Numbered from the stretch's first letter, positions 22,213 through 33,292 are shown. The stretch: 64,000 nucleotides of DNA from Alphaproteobacteria bacterium (GCA_965225945.1 CBDDBZ010000039.1:96001-160000), one strand, 5' to 3'. The notes: generated by a model from the sequence alone, not told the origin. A program made the numbers and translations.

Positions 22213-23211
22213 ATGTTCTATTTCAGGCGAAAAGGCTGGGAGATTACCGAGGCCCAGGCGACGCCCGAGACGATCTTCGAGGAGCGCCGGCGTTTTACCA
22301 AGGCGCTGGCCGCGGGCTCGATCCTGGCGAGCACGGCGCCCGCCGCGCTGCTCGCGAGCGGCGGCCCGGCAAATGCCATGCGGGTGCCGCTGACGGTGGA
22401 GGGCGATCCCTCCGCCTCGCTCTATCCCGTCATGCGCAATCCTCGCTACAAGGTGGAGCGCGAGATCACCAAGGCCGAGATCAACGCCACCTACAACAAC
22501 TTCTATGAATTCGGCTCGCACAAGACGATCTGGAAGGCGGCGCAAAATCTGGTGACCCGGCCCTGGATGGTGAAGGTCGACGGTATGGTGGAGACGCCGT
22601 TCGAGATCGCCATCGATGAATTGCTGGGGAAGATGAAGCTGGAGGAGCGGGTCTATCGCCACCGCTGCGTCGAGGCCTGGTCGATGGTGGTGCCGTGGAG
22701 CGGCTTCCCCTTGGCCGATCTGGTGAAGCTGGCGAAACCGCTCGACTCGGCGAAATACCTCCGCTTCGAATCGTTCCACGATTCGTCCATGGCCAGCGGC
22801 CAGAAGGCCTTCTGGTATCCCTGGCCCTACGTCGAGGGCGTGACGATGGCGGAAGCCGAGAACGAGCTCGCCTTCATGGTCACTGGCTCCTACGGCCAGC
22901 CGATGGCGAAGCAACACGGCTCGCCGCTGCGCCTGGCGCTGCCCTGGAAGTACGGCTTCAAGCACATCAAGTCGATCCAGCGGATCACGCTGACCGACCA
23001 ACGGCCGCAGACCTTCTGGGAAAAGGTGGCCGGCCGGGAGTACGGCTTCTGGGCCAACGTCAACCCAGAGGTGCCGCATCCCCGCTGGTCGCAGGCTACC
23101 GAGCGGGTCATCGGCACCCAGACACGGGTGCCGACGCACCTGTTCAACGGCTACGCCGAATTCGTCGCCAGCCTCTACACCGGACTGGAGGGCGAGGCGC
23201 TCTACATGTGA
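22213..23211 (+). CDS. msrP: Protein-methionine-sulfoxide reductase catalytic subunit
   Basis: Tat-like RRRF, YNNFYEFG, RCVEAWSMV, LPWKYGFK, HPRWSQATER. Confidence 0.95.
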   Translation: MFYFRRKGWEITEAQATPETIFEERRRFTKALAAGSILASTAPAALLASGGPANAMRVPLTVEGDPSASLYPVMRNPRYKVEREITKAEINATYNNFYEFGSHKTIWKAAQNLVTRPWMVKVDGMVETPFEIAIDELLGKMKLEERVYRHRCVEAWSMVVPWSGFPLADLVKLAKPLDSAKYLRFESFHDSSMASGQKAFWYPWPYVEGVTMAEAENELAFMVTGSYGQPMAKQHGSPLRLALPWKYGFKHIKSIQRITLTDQRPQTFWEKVAGREYGFWANVNPEVPHPRWSQATERVIGTQTRVPTHLFNGYAEFVASLYTGLEGEALYM

Positions 23212-23305
23212 TGCTGGCGCTGGTGGCGAGGCGCTGGCCGAGCCGATCACCGACCCCGAAACCCCGACGCGAGTGCGGGGCGGAGACGGACGGGGTGGTC
23301 TTGGG

Positions 23306-24758
23306 ATGAACTACGAGATCTTGGATCCCATCCTTGAGAGCTGGGCACGGCGGCACGATCTCCACATCCACAGGATGCACCGTGATGATCCAGTGAGGTC
23401 CCTGAACGTCGTGAGCCCTACCGGTCAACGCTTTCAAATGTGGCTCGATCCGCCATCCGAAATAGGAGATACGGCGGTTCATGGGTGGGACTTTAAGGAC
23501 CTAATACCAATCGGCATTAATCAGAACTCATGCGCCCATTTACGCCGCCCGATGGACGTGATGTTCCATGGTTGATCGATGAGCTTGTTCCAGGCTTCGC
23601 AGCAGGAGGTGATGATCTGCTCGTCGGATTGGAAGACCAAGTTGGACAGCCAGTTGTCGCGCATGAACTGCCAGATGTTTTCGGTCGGATTGAGCTCCGG
23701 CGAGCGTGGTGGCAGGGGCAGGAGGGTAACGTTGGCGGGGATCTTCAGCTTGTCCGTGGTGTGCCAACCCGCCTGATCGAGGAGCAGGAGGGCATGCGCG
23801 CGCGCGCCTACCCGGGAGGAGATCTCCTCCAGATGCAGCTGCATGGCCTGGGTGTCGCAGTGGGGGAGCACGAGGGCGGCGCCGACGCCGCGTTCGGGAC
23901 AGATGGCGCCGAAGATATAGGCTGATTTGGTGCGCTGGTCATGCGGTGCGCGGGGCCGGGTTCCGCGCCGCGCCCAGCGCCGAGTGATCTTGTTCTTCTG
24001 GCCGACACGGGCTTCGTCCTGCCACCAGATTTCTATCTCGGTGCCGTCGGGCAGGCGCCGGCGGGCTTGTGCCACCAGCTCGGGGAATTTTTTTTAAAAT
24101 CCTCGATGACGCCCTCCTCCTGGGCATGGTGGCGCGGACGCGCCGTCATCTTCGTGAAGCCCATCGCCTTCAATTCCCGGCTTACCGTGGTCTCGTCGAG
24201 CGAGATCGCGAACATATCCCGGATCCAGCCCGCCAGATCCTTCAGCCGCCAGCGCACCACGCCGTCGACCGCCGGGTTCGGCCCCGCATCGACGCGTGCC
24301 CCCAGCGCCTGGCGTTGTGCATCGTCGAGCTTCGCCACCGCACCGGGCGCCTTGCGATCGATCAAGCCGTCCGGGCCCTCGGCGTTGAAATGCAACACCC
24401 AATCTCGGATCACCTGAAGCCCCACGTGGCCGGTCCGTGCCGCATCCGTCCGCCGCCCACCGTCATAGATCACCGCGAGAGCCAAGAGCCGGCGGCTCTG
24501 GCCGGCATCCTTGGAAAGCTTCGCCAAGCGACGCAGCTCCGCCGCATCGAAATCCTCTCGTAACCCGATCGCCGCTCCCATGGTGAACCTCCTCAACTCC
24601 GAATCACCGGAATTGAGTCAGAAATCATCCACCATGGGAATCCTCAAAGTGAGTCTCCCTCAAGGCCAATTGGTATAAGAATAGAAATTCACACGATTAT
24701 AGAAGATTTGGAAAAAAATCTGGAACTCGTTTATCGAGAGATCGTCTCTAATTTTTAA
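23306..24758 (+). pseudogene. Hypothetical 92-aa protein interrupted by IS630
   Basis: Removing 23505-24678 restores an open frame ...HGWDFKDL-RIEIHTIIEDLEKNLELVYREIVSNF*. Confidence 0.7.
23505..24675 (-). mobile_element. IS630-family element, two ORFs (24033-24596, 23521-24075) joined by a programmed frameshift
   Basis: TIR TACCAATCGGC/GGCCAATTGGTA, TAA on both flanks, A8 slippery run near 24088-24095, QDEARVG, LDQAGWH, SPELNPTENIW. Confidence 0.92.
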
Positions 24759-24854
24759 GAAAATCGTTTTCTGAATCAGAATCTCTTTCAAACGGTTGCA
24801 TACTCTCTTGATTTGGAATAACGCCTCGCTGCTACATTTTCCGACTCGACTCGT

Positions 24855-27188
24855 TCATCGTGCCGCCTTCGCGTCCTGTATCTCGCGCCAGACCCGCTCC
24901 GGCGTCGCCGGCATGTCGAGGGCCCTCACGCCAAGCGGGCGGAGTGCATCGAGGATCGCGTTCATCGCCGCCGGCGGCGCGCCGATCGCGCCCGCCTCGC
25001 CGCAGCCCTTCACCCCCAGCGGATTGGTCCGGCACGGCACCTCGTTATAGGTGAAATCGATCTCCGGCATCAGGTCGGCGCGCGCCACGGCGTAGTCCAT
25101 GAAGGAGCCGGTGGAGAGCTGGCCACTCTCGTCGTCATAGACGCAGCCCTCCCAGAGTGCCTGGCCCAGCCCTTGCGCGATCCCGCCGTGGACCTGGCCC
25201 GCCACCAGCAGCGGGTTCATGACCCGGCCGAAATCGTCGACCACGGTGTAGTTCACCACTTCGACGATCCCGGTCTCCGGATCGACCTCCACCTCCACCA
25301 CGTGACAGCCGTTGGGGTAGCTCCAGGTCTCCAGCTTGTAATAATGGGCTTCGTCCAACCCGGGCGCGATCTCCGCCGGCAGCCCGGCGACGTCGAAGGC
25401 GAGCCCCACGACCGCGTCCCAGCTAACCCGCCGATCGGTGCCGGCGATGGCGAAGGTGCCGTCGGCGAAGGCGACATCGCCCACGTCCGCCTCCATCAAA
25501 TGCGCGGCGATCCGCTTGGCCTTGTCGACGATTTTTCCCGCCGCGCCCTGGAGCGAGGCGCCCGCGACCATCAAAAAGTGGGAGCCGCCGACCCCGCTCG
25601 ACAGTTCCGCGATCGCGTCCGTGTCGCCCTCCACCACGCGCACCCGGTCGAATTCGACGCCGAGCTGGTCGGCGACCAGTTGGGCATAGGCCGTCTCGTG
25701 GCCCTGGCCGTTGGAGACGCTGCCGGCGTAGACCGTGACGCCGCCGGCCGGATCGAACTTCAGCCGCGTGGTATCGCCGTCGGTCCAGCCGGCGAGCTCG
25801 AGGTAATAAGCGGCGCCTAGGCCCAAGTGCTTGCCGCGCGCCGCCGCCGCTCGCCGCCGCGCCGCCAGGTCGTCGCCCGCCGCGCGCTGGATCGCGCTCT
25901 CCATGTTGGCCGCGAACTCGCCGCTGTCGTAGGTGGTCTCGAAGACCGTGGTGTAAGGCATGGAGTTGGGGCGGATCATGTTTCGCCGGCGCAAGTCCGC
26001 CGCCTCGATTGCCCCTTCCACCGCCGCCTGGTCGACCAGCCGCTCGATCGCGTAGGCCGCCTCCGGCCGGCCGGCGCCGCGGTAGGCGTCGACCGGCGCG
26101 GTGTTGGTGAAGACCACCCGGACATCGAGGTCGATCGCGCCCCAATCATAGACCGCTGGCAGGGCGAGGCCATGGCACTCGGTCGGGATGTTGAGGCTGA
26201 AGAGCGAGAGATAGGCGCCGATGTTGGCGATGGTGCGGACCCGGAGCGCCAGGAAACGGCCGTTGGCGTCGAGCGCCAGTTCCAGCCGGCTGACATGGTC
26301 GCGGCCCTGGGTGTCGGCGAGGAAGGCCTCGCCTCGCTCCGCGATCCAGCGCACCGGCCGGGCGAGCCGGCGCGCGGCCCAAAGCACGCCCGCCTGTTCC
26401 GGATAAGCGAAGGCCTTCATGCCGAAGCCGCCGCCGACGTCGGGCGTGACCACCCGTAATGCGCCTTCGGCGACGCCCAGCACGCCGGCGAGCGCGCTCC
26501 GCAGCAGGTGCGCCCCCTGATTGTTGGCAATCAGCGTGTATTCGCCGGTGCCGGCATCGAAGCGGCCGATGGCCCCGCGCGGCTCCATCGAGGCGACGAT
26601 CAGGCGGTTATTGACGAGTTCCGTACGGACCACGCGGTGGGCGGCGGCGAAAGCGGCATCGCTCGCGTTCGAATCGCCGAGACGCCAGTGGACCGCGATG
26701 TTGTCCACCGCCTCGTCCCAGAGCTTGGGTGCCTCGGGCGAGGCCGCGCGCTCGGTGTCGGTGACGGCGGGCAGCGGGTCGTAGTCGACCTCGATCGATT
26801 CGGCCGCGTCCTTGGCTAATTCCAGGCTCTCGGCGACGACGAAGGCGACGGGCTGGCCGACATGGCGGACCTTGCCCCGGGCCAGGATCGGATAGGGCGG
26901 CATGAAGCTCTGGCGGCCCTCGACGCTTTCCGGCGCGCCCAGCACCGGCAGGCCGGCCAAGCCGTCCGCCGCCACGTCCTCGCCGCTCAGCACCGCGCGC
27001 AGCCCCGGCATCGCCCGCGCTTCCGCCGTCTCGATCGCGCCGAGGCGGGCATGCGCGTGGGGCAAGCGCAAGACGTGGAGATGGAGCGCCCCCGGCAGCT
27101 GGATATCATCGACATAGCGGGCGCTGCCGGTGAGAAAACGACGATCCTCGCGGCGCCGGATCGGCTGGCCCATGCCGAACTTCGCCAT
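24855..27188 (-). CDS. Xanthine dehydrogenase-family molybdopterin subunit (form II CoxL-like)
   Basis: RREDRRFLTG, GGGFGMK, AYRGAGR, GQGHET, GVKGCGE. Confidence 0.9.
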   Translation of the reverse strand: MAKFGMGQPIRRREDRRFLTGSARYVDDIQLPGALHLHVLRLPHAHARLGAIETAEARAMPGLRAVLSGEDVAADGLAGLPVLGAPESVEGRQSFMPPYPILARGKVRHVGQPVAFVVAESLELAKDAAESIEVDYDPLPAVTDTERAASPEAPKLWDEAVDNIAVHWRLGDSNASDAAFAAAHRVVRTELVNNRLIVASMEPRGAIGRFDAGTGEYTLIANNQGAHLLRSALAGVLGVAEGALRVVTPDVGGGFGMKAFAYPEQAGVLWAARRLARPVRWIAERGEAFLADTQGRDHVSRLELALDANGRFLALRVRTIANIGAYLSLFSLNIPTECHGLALPAVYDWGAIDLDVRVVFTNTAPVDAYRGAGRPEAAYAIERLVDQAAVEGAIEAADLRRRNMIRPNSMPYTTVFETTYDSGEFAANMESAIQRAAGDDLAARRRAAAARGKHLGLGAAYYLELAGWTDGDTTRLKFDPAGGVTVYAGSVSNGQGHETAYAQLVADQLGVEFDRVRVVEGDTDAIAELSSGVGGSHFLMVAGASLQGAAGKIVDKAKRIAAHLMEADVGDVAFADGTFAIAGTDRRVSWDAVVGLAFDVAGLPAEIAPGLDEAHYYKLETWSYPNGCHVVEVEVDPETGIVEVVNYTVVDDFGRVMNPLLVAGQVHGGIAQGLGQALWEGCVYDDESGQLSTGSFMDYAVARADLMPEIDFTYNEVPCRTNPLGVKGCGEAGAIGAPPAAMNAILDALRPLGVRALDMPATPERVWREIQDAKAAR

Positions 27189-27389
27189 CTCGCCCCTCCC
27201 CGAAATTCGCCGCGCGGTCCCCTGGTTCCGCCCCCGCGACGGCGCTATGGTGCGCGCATACACGGGAGTTTGGCGTGGCGGGAGCAGAGACGATGGCGGG
27301 CGCCAAAGTCAAGGTGGCCTACGAGATCCAGCCGGACGCCCGACGAAAGCTGGAAACCATCGCCGAACGCCACAAGCTGCGCCGCCGCC

Positions 27390-28112
27390 GTGTCTGAGCC
27401 TGCGTCCGAGGTCACCGCGCGGATCTGGCGGGGCGGGGCCGACGGTGCCTATCGCGACTACCGGCTGGGCTACCACGGCGACCAGACGGTGCTCGACCTG
27501 GTGACGGAGATCCAGCGCCGGCACGATCCCACGCTCGCCTATCGCTTCTCCTGCCGGGTCGGCATGTGCGGCTCCTGCGCGATGATGGTCTCGGGCCGGC
27601 CGCGCTGGACCTGCCGGACGCTGGTCGCCGACGTGGTGAAGGCGGGCAGGCTGACGCTCGCGCCCCTCGCCAACCTGCCGGTCATCCGCGACCTGGTCGC
27701 CGACATGACGCCCTTCTTCGATAAATGGCGCGAGGCCGGCGGCCGCTTCGAGGCCGGCACGACAGCGGCCGACGACTTCGCCCCGATCACGCCCGACGAT
27801 CCGGCCCGCCAGTTAGTCGACGCCGGCATCGAATGCATCAACTGCGGCATCTGCCACGCCGCCTGCGATGTGGTGCGCACGACGCCCAGCTATCTCGGGC
27901 CCGCGGCGCTCAACCGCGCTTGGACCCTGGTGAACGACGCCCGCGACCAGGGCGGCGCGGCGCGGCTCGCCCGCGTGGCGGCGGGCGGCTGCCTTTCCTG
28001 CCACACCCACCAGGCTTGCGCGCAATATTGCCCCAAGGGACTGAACCCGACGCGGGCCATCGCCGGCCTCAAGCGCGCCATCGCCAAGGCGGCCTTGGGG
28101 GGCACGCTTTGA
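27390..28112 (+). CDS. Succinate dehydrogenase/fumarate reductase-like Fe-S subunit
   Basis: SCRVGMCGSC, CINCGICHAAC, CHTHQACAQYCP. Confidence 0.88.
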   Translation: MSEPASEVTARIWRGGADGAYRDYRLGYHGDQTVLDLVTEIQRRHDPTLAYRFSCRVGMCGSCAMMVSGRPRWTCRTLVADVVKAGRLTLAPLANLPVIRDLVADMTPFFDKWREAGGRFEAGTTAADDFAPITPDDPARQLVDAGIECINCGICHAACDVVRTTPSYLGPAALNRAWTLVNDARDQGGAARLARVAAGGCLSCHTHQACAQYCPKGLNPTRAIAGLKRAIAKAALGGTL

Positions 28113-29589
28113 GCGGCCGGCTCGACGTCTGGCTCTGGCTGCTGCACCGCGCCAGTGGCGCCTTGCTGGCGCCGTTGATCATCGCCCACCTAGTGTACCG
28201 ACTCTAACGCCTGTCGCCCACGAGCGACTTTTTCGAGTATGGCGGTGGCGGAAGCGGTCCATACGAAGGGTTTTGGATCGGCATTGTGGTGCTCGAGGTA
28301 TTCCTGAATGGCTGTTTCGAGTTCGGCGACGCTCTTGAACACGCCGCAACGGATTTGATCGCTGGTGATCAGGCTGAAGAAGCGTTCGACCTGGCTGAGC
28401 CAGGAGGCGGATGTCGGAGTGAAGTGCATATGGAAGCGAGGATGTTTTGCCAACCACGCCTTGACCTTGGGATGCTTGTGGGTGGCGTAGTTGTCGGCGA
28501 TCAGATGCAGGTCGAGCTTCTTGGGCGTCTCGGCGTCGATACGGCGCAGGAATTTCAGCCATTCCTGATGGCGGTGCCGCTTCATGCAGTGGCCGATGAC
28601 CTTGCCGGTGGCGACGTCGAGCGCGGCGAACAATGTCGTCGTGCCGTGGCGCTTGTAGTCATGCGTCATGGTGCCGGCTCGGCCCTTCTTGATCGGCAAG
28701 CCGGGCTGTGTGCGGTCGAGCGCCTGGATCTGGCTCTTCTCGTCGACCGAGAGAACCAGCGCCTTGTCCGGCGGATCGAGATAGAGACCGACGATATCGC
28801 GCACCTTCTCGACGAAGTGTTCGTCATTCGACAGCTTGAAGGTCTTCACCAGGTGCGGCTTGAGGCCGTGCGCCTTCCAGATCCGCTGCACGCTGGTGTA
28901 GCTGAGGCCGACGGCACGGGCCATCTTGCGGATGCTCCAATGCGTCGCCGCCTCCGGCGTCTCGTGCAAGGTCTTATGCACAACCCGCTCGATCACCTCG
29001 GCGCTCAGCGGCGGCTTGCGTCCCGGTCGCGTCGCATCGCGGCGCAGTCCGGCGATGCCTTTGGCAAGGTAGCGCTCCTGCCAGCGCCACACCGTCACCT
29101 TACTTTTGCCGACCAACCGGACGATCGTCATCGTGCCGATCCCGTCAGCCGACAGCAACACTATCCGTGCCCGCCAAACCAGCTTCTGCGGCGTGTTCCG
29201 CCCAGAAACCAACCCTTCCAGCGTCGCCCGCTCCGCGGGAGACAGCCAGATGCATGCCAATGTCTTCGTCATTCCCCCAGAATCGCAGAACACAAGCCCT
29301 TTGGGAAACTTTTGTTAGGATCGGAACACTAGTGAACATCGTCGTCGCCGTGCAGGGCGGGCTCGACGCGGCGGAGATCCTCGCCCGCACCCAGGGCAGC
29401 GTGTTCTGGGGCGGGTATTATTTTCTCTTCGTCGCGACCGCCGGGCTGCACGCGGCGATCGGAATGCGGAGTTTCCTGGCCGAGCATGCGCGTCTGGCGC
29501 CGCCGCTCGCCACCGCCGTCGGCGGCGTGATCGGCTGCGTGCTCCTGGCGATGGGCTGGCGCGCGGTCGCCGGGCTGGTGCTCCGGTGA
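28109..29589 (+). pseudogene. SDH-like membrane anchor subunit interrupted by IS630
   Basis: LHRASGALLAPLIIAHL joins VNIVVAVQGG..LHAAIG in frame after IS removal. Confidence 0.85.
28190..29332 (-). mobile_element. IS630-family element (single transposase ORF 28190-29293) with CTAG at both ends
   Basis: TIR TAGTGTACCGACTCTAAC / GTTAGGATCGGAACACTA; VDEKSQIQAL, DNYATHK, WLSQVERFF. Confidence 0.93.
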
Positions 29590-29930
29590 TCCCGAGGCGG
29601 AGAGCCGAGGCGGCGGGCTACTGGGCCTCCTGGGCCCAGCGGCTGAGCGGCGTGTTGCTGGCGCTCTTTCTGCCGGCGCACTTCCGGGTCTTGGGGTTGG
29701 CGATCGAATCCGAGGCGCGGCTCGACGGTTTCCTGCGCTGGACCGATTCACCCCTCGTCAAGCTGGCCGAGGCCGCCCTGGTGGTGCTGCTCACCGTTCA
29801 TCTGGTCGGCGGACTGCGCCTTCTGATGATAGAGTTCCTGCCGTGGCGGGATTGGCAAGGCCGCCTCGTCGCGCTCGGCGGCGGCGTCTCGCTCGCCGTC
29901 GGGTTATTGTTCCTGGTGGGGGCCTTCTAG
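29586..29930 (+). CDS. SDH-like cytochrome b membrane subunit
   Basis: QRLSGVLLALFLPAH, HLVGGLRLL; three hydrophobic segments. Confidence 0.8.
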   Translation: MIPRRRAEAAGYWASWAQRLSGVLLALFLPAHFRVLGLAIESEARLDGFLRWTDSPLVKLAEAALVVLLTVHLVGGLRLLMIEFLPWRDWQGRLVALGGGVSLAVGLLFLVGAF

Positions 29931-29938
29931 TGGGCGCC

Positions 29939-31672
29939 ATGGAGCGGCTGGAAACCGACATCCTGATCCTCGGCAGCGGCGGCGCCGGGCTGCTGGCGGC
30001 GCTGCACGCGCATGAGGCCGACCCGGACCTCGACATCACCGTGGCGGTCAAGGGCCTGATGGGGAAGTGCGGCTGCACTCGGATGGTGCAGGGCGGCTAC
30101 AACGCCGCGATCGATCCCAGCGATTCGATCGAGCGGCACTTCATGGACACGATCCGGGGCGGCTCCTGGCTGCCCAACCAAGAATTGGCTTGGCGCCTGG
30201 TGTCGAGCGCGCCGGCCCGGGTGCTGGAGCTGGAGAACCGCCACGGCTGCTTCTTCGACCGCAACCCCGACGGCACGTTGCACGGCAAGGCCTTCGCCGG
30301 CCAGACCTTCGATCGCACCATCCACAAGGGCGACCAGACCGGAATCGAGATCGTCAACCGGCTGATGGAGCAGGTGCTGGCCCGCCCGATCCGCCGGCTG
30401 GAGGAACACCGCGCGGTGGCCCTCGTGCCTGCTCGCGACGGCGGCCGCATCGCCGGCGTCGTGTTGCTCGAGATGAAGACCGGTGCGCTGCGCTACGTCG
30501 CCGCCCGGGCGGTGCTGCTGGGGACCGGCGGCGGGCCGACCATGTACCGCTATCACACCCCCTCCGGCGACAAGGCCTGCGACGGCATGGCGATGGCGCT
30601 GCGCTGCGGCCTGGACTTGCGCGACATGGAGATGGTGCAGTTCCATCCGACCGGCCTGCTGGCGGGCGAAGACACCCGGCTCACCGGCACGGTGCTGGAG
30701 GAGGGCCTGCGCGGCGCCGGCGGCCATTTGCTGAACGGCGAGGAAAAGCGCTTCATGCTCGACTACGACGAGCGGGCCGAGCGGGCGACCCGCGACCTGG
30801 TCTCCCGCGCCATCTTCGATCAGATCCGCAAGGGCCGCACCTCGCCCGCCGGCGGCGTCTACATCTCGATGGCGGCGCTCGAGCCCGAGGCCGTCAGGCG
30901 CCAGTTCAAGGGCATGGTCGAGCGCTGCGCCGACGTCGGCTTCGACCTCGCCGCCGGCCTGGTCGAGGTGGTGCCGACGGCGCATTACATGATGGGCGGC
31001 GTCGAGGTCGGACTCGATTGCGAAACCGCTTTTCCCGGCCTGTTCTGCGCCGGGGAGGACGCGGGTGGGGTCCACGGCAGCAACCGGCTGGGCGGCAACG
31101 GCGTCGCCAATTCCACCGTTTTCGGCGGCATCGCCGGCGAGGTCATGGCGCGGTGGCTCGCGCGCGAGGGCCAGGGCGGCCCGGCGCCCGCCGACGAGGG
31201 GGCAATCGAGGCCGCGCGGGCCCGGGTCGAGCAGCCCTTCGGCCAGCCCGCCGGAGACCTCAATTCGATCCGCCTCGGGCTTCTCGACCTGATGTGGGAC
31301 GAGGCCGGGATCATCCGCGACGCCGCCGGTCTCGCCCGCGCCCGCGACGGTCTCGCGAGGCTGCGGCGCGAACTCGACGCCACGGGGTTGGCCGACGACC
31401 TCCGCGGCTATAATTTGACCTGGCACGACTGGCTCAACCTCGATTCCCAGATCGAGGTCTCGGGCGCCATCGTCGCCGCCGCGCTGGCTCGCGAGAATTC
31501 GCGCGGCGCGCATTTCCGCGAGGATTTCCCCGACGCCGGGCCGTTGGAGGCCTCGAGCTATACCCGGGTGCGCTTGGCCGACGCGGGGCCCGTCACCGAG
31601 AACGTGGCCGTCGAGTTTACCCGGGTCCGGCCGGGGAAAAGCCTGATCGCCGAGGAAATGGCCGCCGAATGA
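29939..31672 (+). CDS. SdhA/FrdA/NadB-family flavoprotein
   Basis: GSGGAG, MEMVQFHPTG, EGLRGAGG, HYMMGG, HGSNRLGGN, RENSRGAHFR. Confidence 0.9.
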   Translation: MERLETDILILGSGGAGLLAALHAHEADPDLDITVAVKGLMGKCGCTRMVQGGYNAAIDPSDSIERHFMDTIRGGSWLPNQELAWRLVSSAPARVLELENRHGCFFDRNPDGTLHGKAFAGQTFDRTIHKGDQTGIEIVNRLMEQVLARPIRRLEEHRAVALVPARDGGRIAGVVLLEMKTGALRYVAARAVLLGTGGGPTMYRYHTPSGDKACDGMAMALRCGLDLRDMEMVQFHPTGLLAGEDTRLTGTVLEEGLRGAGGHLLNGEEKRFMLDYDERAERATRDLVSRAIFDQIRKGRTSPAGGVYISMAALEPEAVRRQFKGMVERCADVGFDLAAGLVEVVPTAHYMMGGVEVGLDCETAFPGLFCAGEDAGGVHGSNRLGGNGVANSTVFGGIAGEVMARWLAREGQGGPAPADEGAIEAARARVEQPFGQPAGDLNSIRLGLLDLMWDEAGIIRDAAGLARARDGLARLRRELDATGLADDLRGYNLTWHDWLNLDSQIEVSGAIVAAALARENSRGAHFREDFPDAGPLEASSYTRVRLADAGPVTENVAVEFTRVRPGKSLIAEEMAAE

Positions 31673-31688
31673 GGAGAGGACCCCAGCG

Positions 31689-32627
31689 ATGCCGGAAATG
31701 ATCCCAATCGAGAGCGTCGAGCACGTGGCGGGGGAAATCATGCGCCGCGCCAGCATCGAGATCCCGCGCGACTATAGGGACGGGGTCGAGGCGATGGTCG
31801 AGGAGGAGACCAGCGAGCTCGGCCGTTTCGTCCTCCGCTCGATGCTCTAGAACTGGGACGCGGCGGAGGCCGACCAGCGCCCGATGTGTGCCGACACCGG
31901 CTTGCCGCGCTATTACGTCAAGGTCGGCAACGAGGCCCGGGTCGAAGGCGGCTTCGTCGCGCTGGAGGCGGCGCTGAGAAGGGCGACGGCGGAGACGACG
32001 CACTCGATCCCGCTCCGCCCCAATCGCGTGCATCCGCTGAGCCGGGTCGATCACAACAACAACGTCGGCATCCACGCGCCGGAGATCCAATACGCCTTCG
32101 AGCCCGAGGGCGAGTGGATCGACATCACCACGGTGCACAAGGGCGGTCTCTTCGGCACCGACTACCGGATGCTGTTCCCGGGCGACGGGATCGACGGGAT
32201 CAAGCGCTTCTTCCTCGACGTCTTGCTGCAGCACGGACGGCGCGGCCTCGCCTGCCAGCCGGCGATCGTCGGCATCGGCCTCGGCGGCGGCAAGGACACC
32301 TGCATGCGGCTCGGCAAAGAGGCGGCGTGCCTCAGGATCGTGGGCGAGCCCAACCCGGACCCCGAGATCGCGGCGCTGGAGGCGGAACTGTGCGTGCTCG
32401 GCAACGAGATCGGCCTCGGGCCGATGGGCTATGCCGGCCGCTCCATGGTGATCGATTGCCATATCGAGGTCGGCTTCACCCATACCGGCGCGATGCCGAT
32501 AAGCATGCACAGCTTCTGCCTCTCCTCGCGCCGGGCGACGGCCAGGCTCCATCCCTCGGGCGCGGCGGAGTATCGAACCGATCCCCGATGGTTCACGCCG
32601 TTCTACCGGCGGGAGGGCGTCGAATGA
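31689..32627 (+). pseudogene. Class I fumarate hydratase/tartrate dehydratase alpha-like subunit, in-frame TAG at 31848-31850
   Basis: GAGGAG RBS; frame continues through the stop to RPMCADTG..PLRPN..GPMG. Confidence 0.85.
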
Positions 32628-33292
32628 GCGGGCTGCGCGAGGTCCGGCTGGAGACGCCGATCACCGACGAGGACGTGGGCGGGCTGCGCCAGGGCGACAT
32701 CGTCTATCTCGACGGTACCATCTACACGGCCAGGGAAGGCACCTACAAGCGGGTGGTGGAGGAGGGCGTGGCGCTACCGGTCGATCTCGCTGGCTTCTCC
32801 AACGTCAACTTCCATTGCTCGCCCGCGGCCAGCGTCGGGGCCGACGGCGGCTATTCCGTCGGCGCGGTGACGGCGACCGCGAGCTTCCGCTTCGCCAAAT
32901 GGATCTAGGGCTGGTTCGACGCGGTCAGCACCCGGATGATCATCGGCAAGTCGGGCATGTCGGAACAGATCTACCGCGACGTCTTCGTGCCGCGCGGCGC
33001 CGTCTACTTGACCACGGTCGGCTACGGCACCGGCGCGCTTCTGGGCCGCGGCATCCGCGAGGTGGTGGATACGGTCTGGCTCGACGAGTTGGGCATCGCG
33101 CAGGCCATCTGGATCTTCCGGGTGGCAAACTTCGGCCCCTTCATCGTCGACAGCGACCAGCAAGGCACCAGCCTCTTCGCCAAGTCGAACCGGGAAATCG
33201 AGAGCCGCATCGAGAGCCTCTACGACGGCCTGGCGCCCCCCATCCTCTCGCGCTACGGCGAGAAGACGGAGCGCGACGACGAGGTGATCTGA
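32624..33292 (+). pseudogene. Class I fumarate hydratase beta-like subunit, in-frame TAG at 32906-32908
   Basis: LRQGDIVYLDGTIYTARE before and IIGKSGM..FGPFIV after the stop, same frame. Confidence 0.85.

Noticed and set aside
24855-27188. Bona fide aerobic CO dehydrogenase
   Set aside because: Active-site loop is AYRGAGR (form II), not AYXCSFR, and coxM/coxS are not adjacent.
27293-27397. 34-aa ORF MAGAKVKVAYEIQPD... upstream of the Fe-S gene
   Set aside because: Possibly a truncated small gene, but too short to support without a search.
31848-32908. Genome-wide TAG recoding or pyrrolysine
   Set aside because: TAG terminates normal genes here (tauD, aroQ, the SDH cytochrome b subunit, GMC) and no pyl genes are visible.
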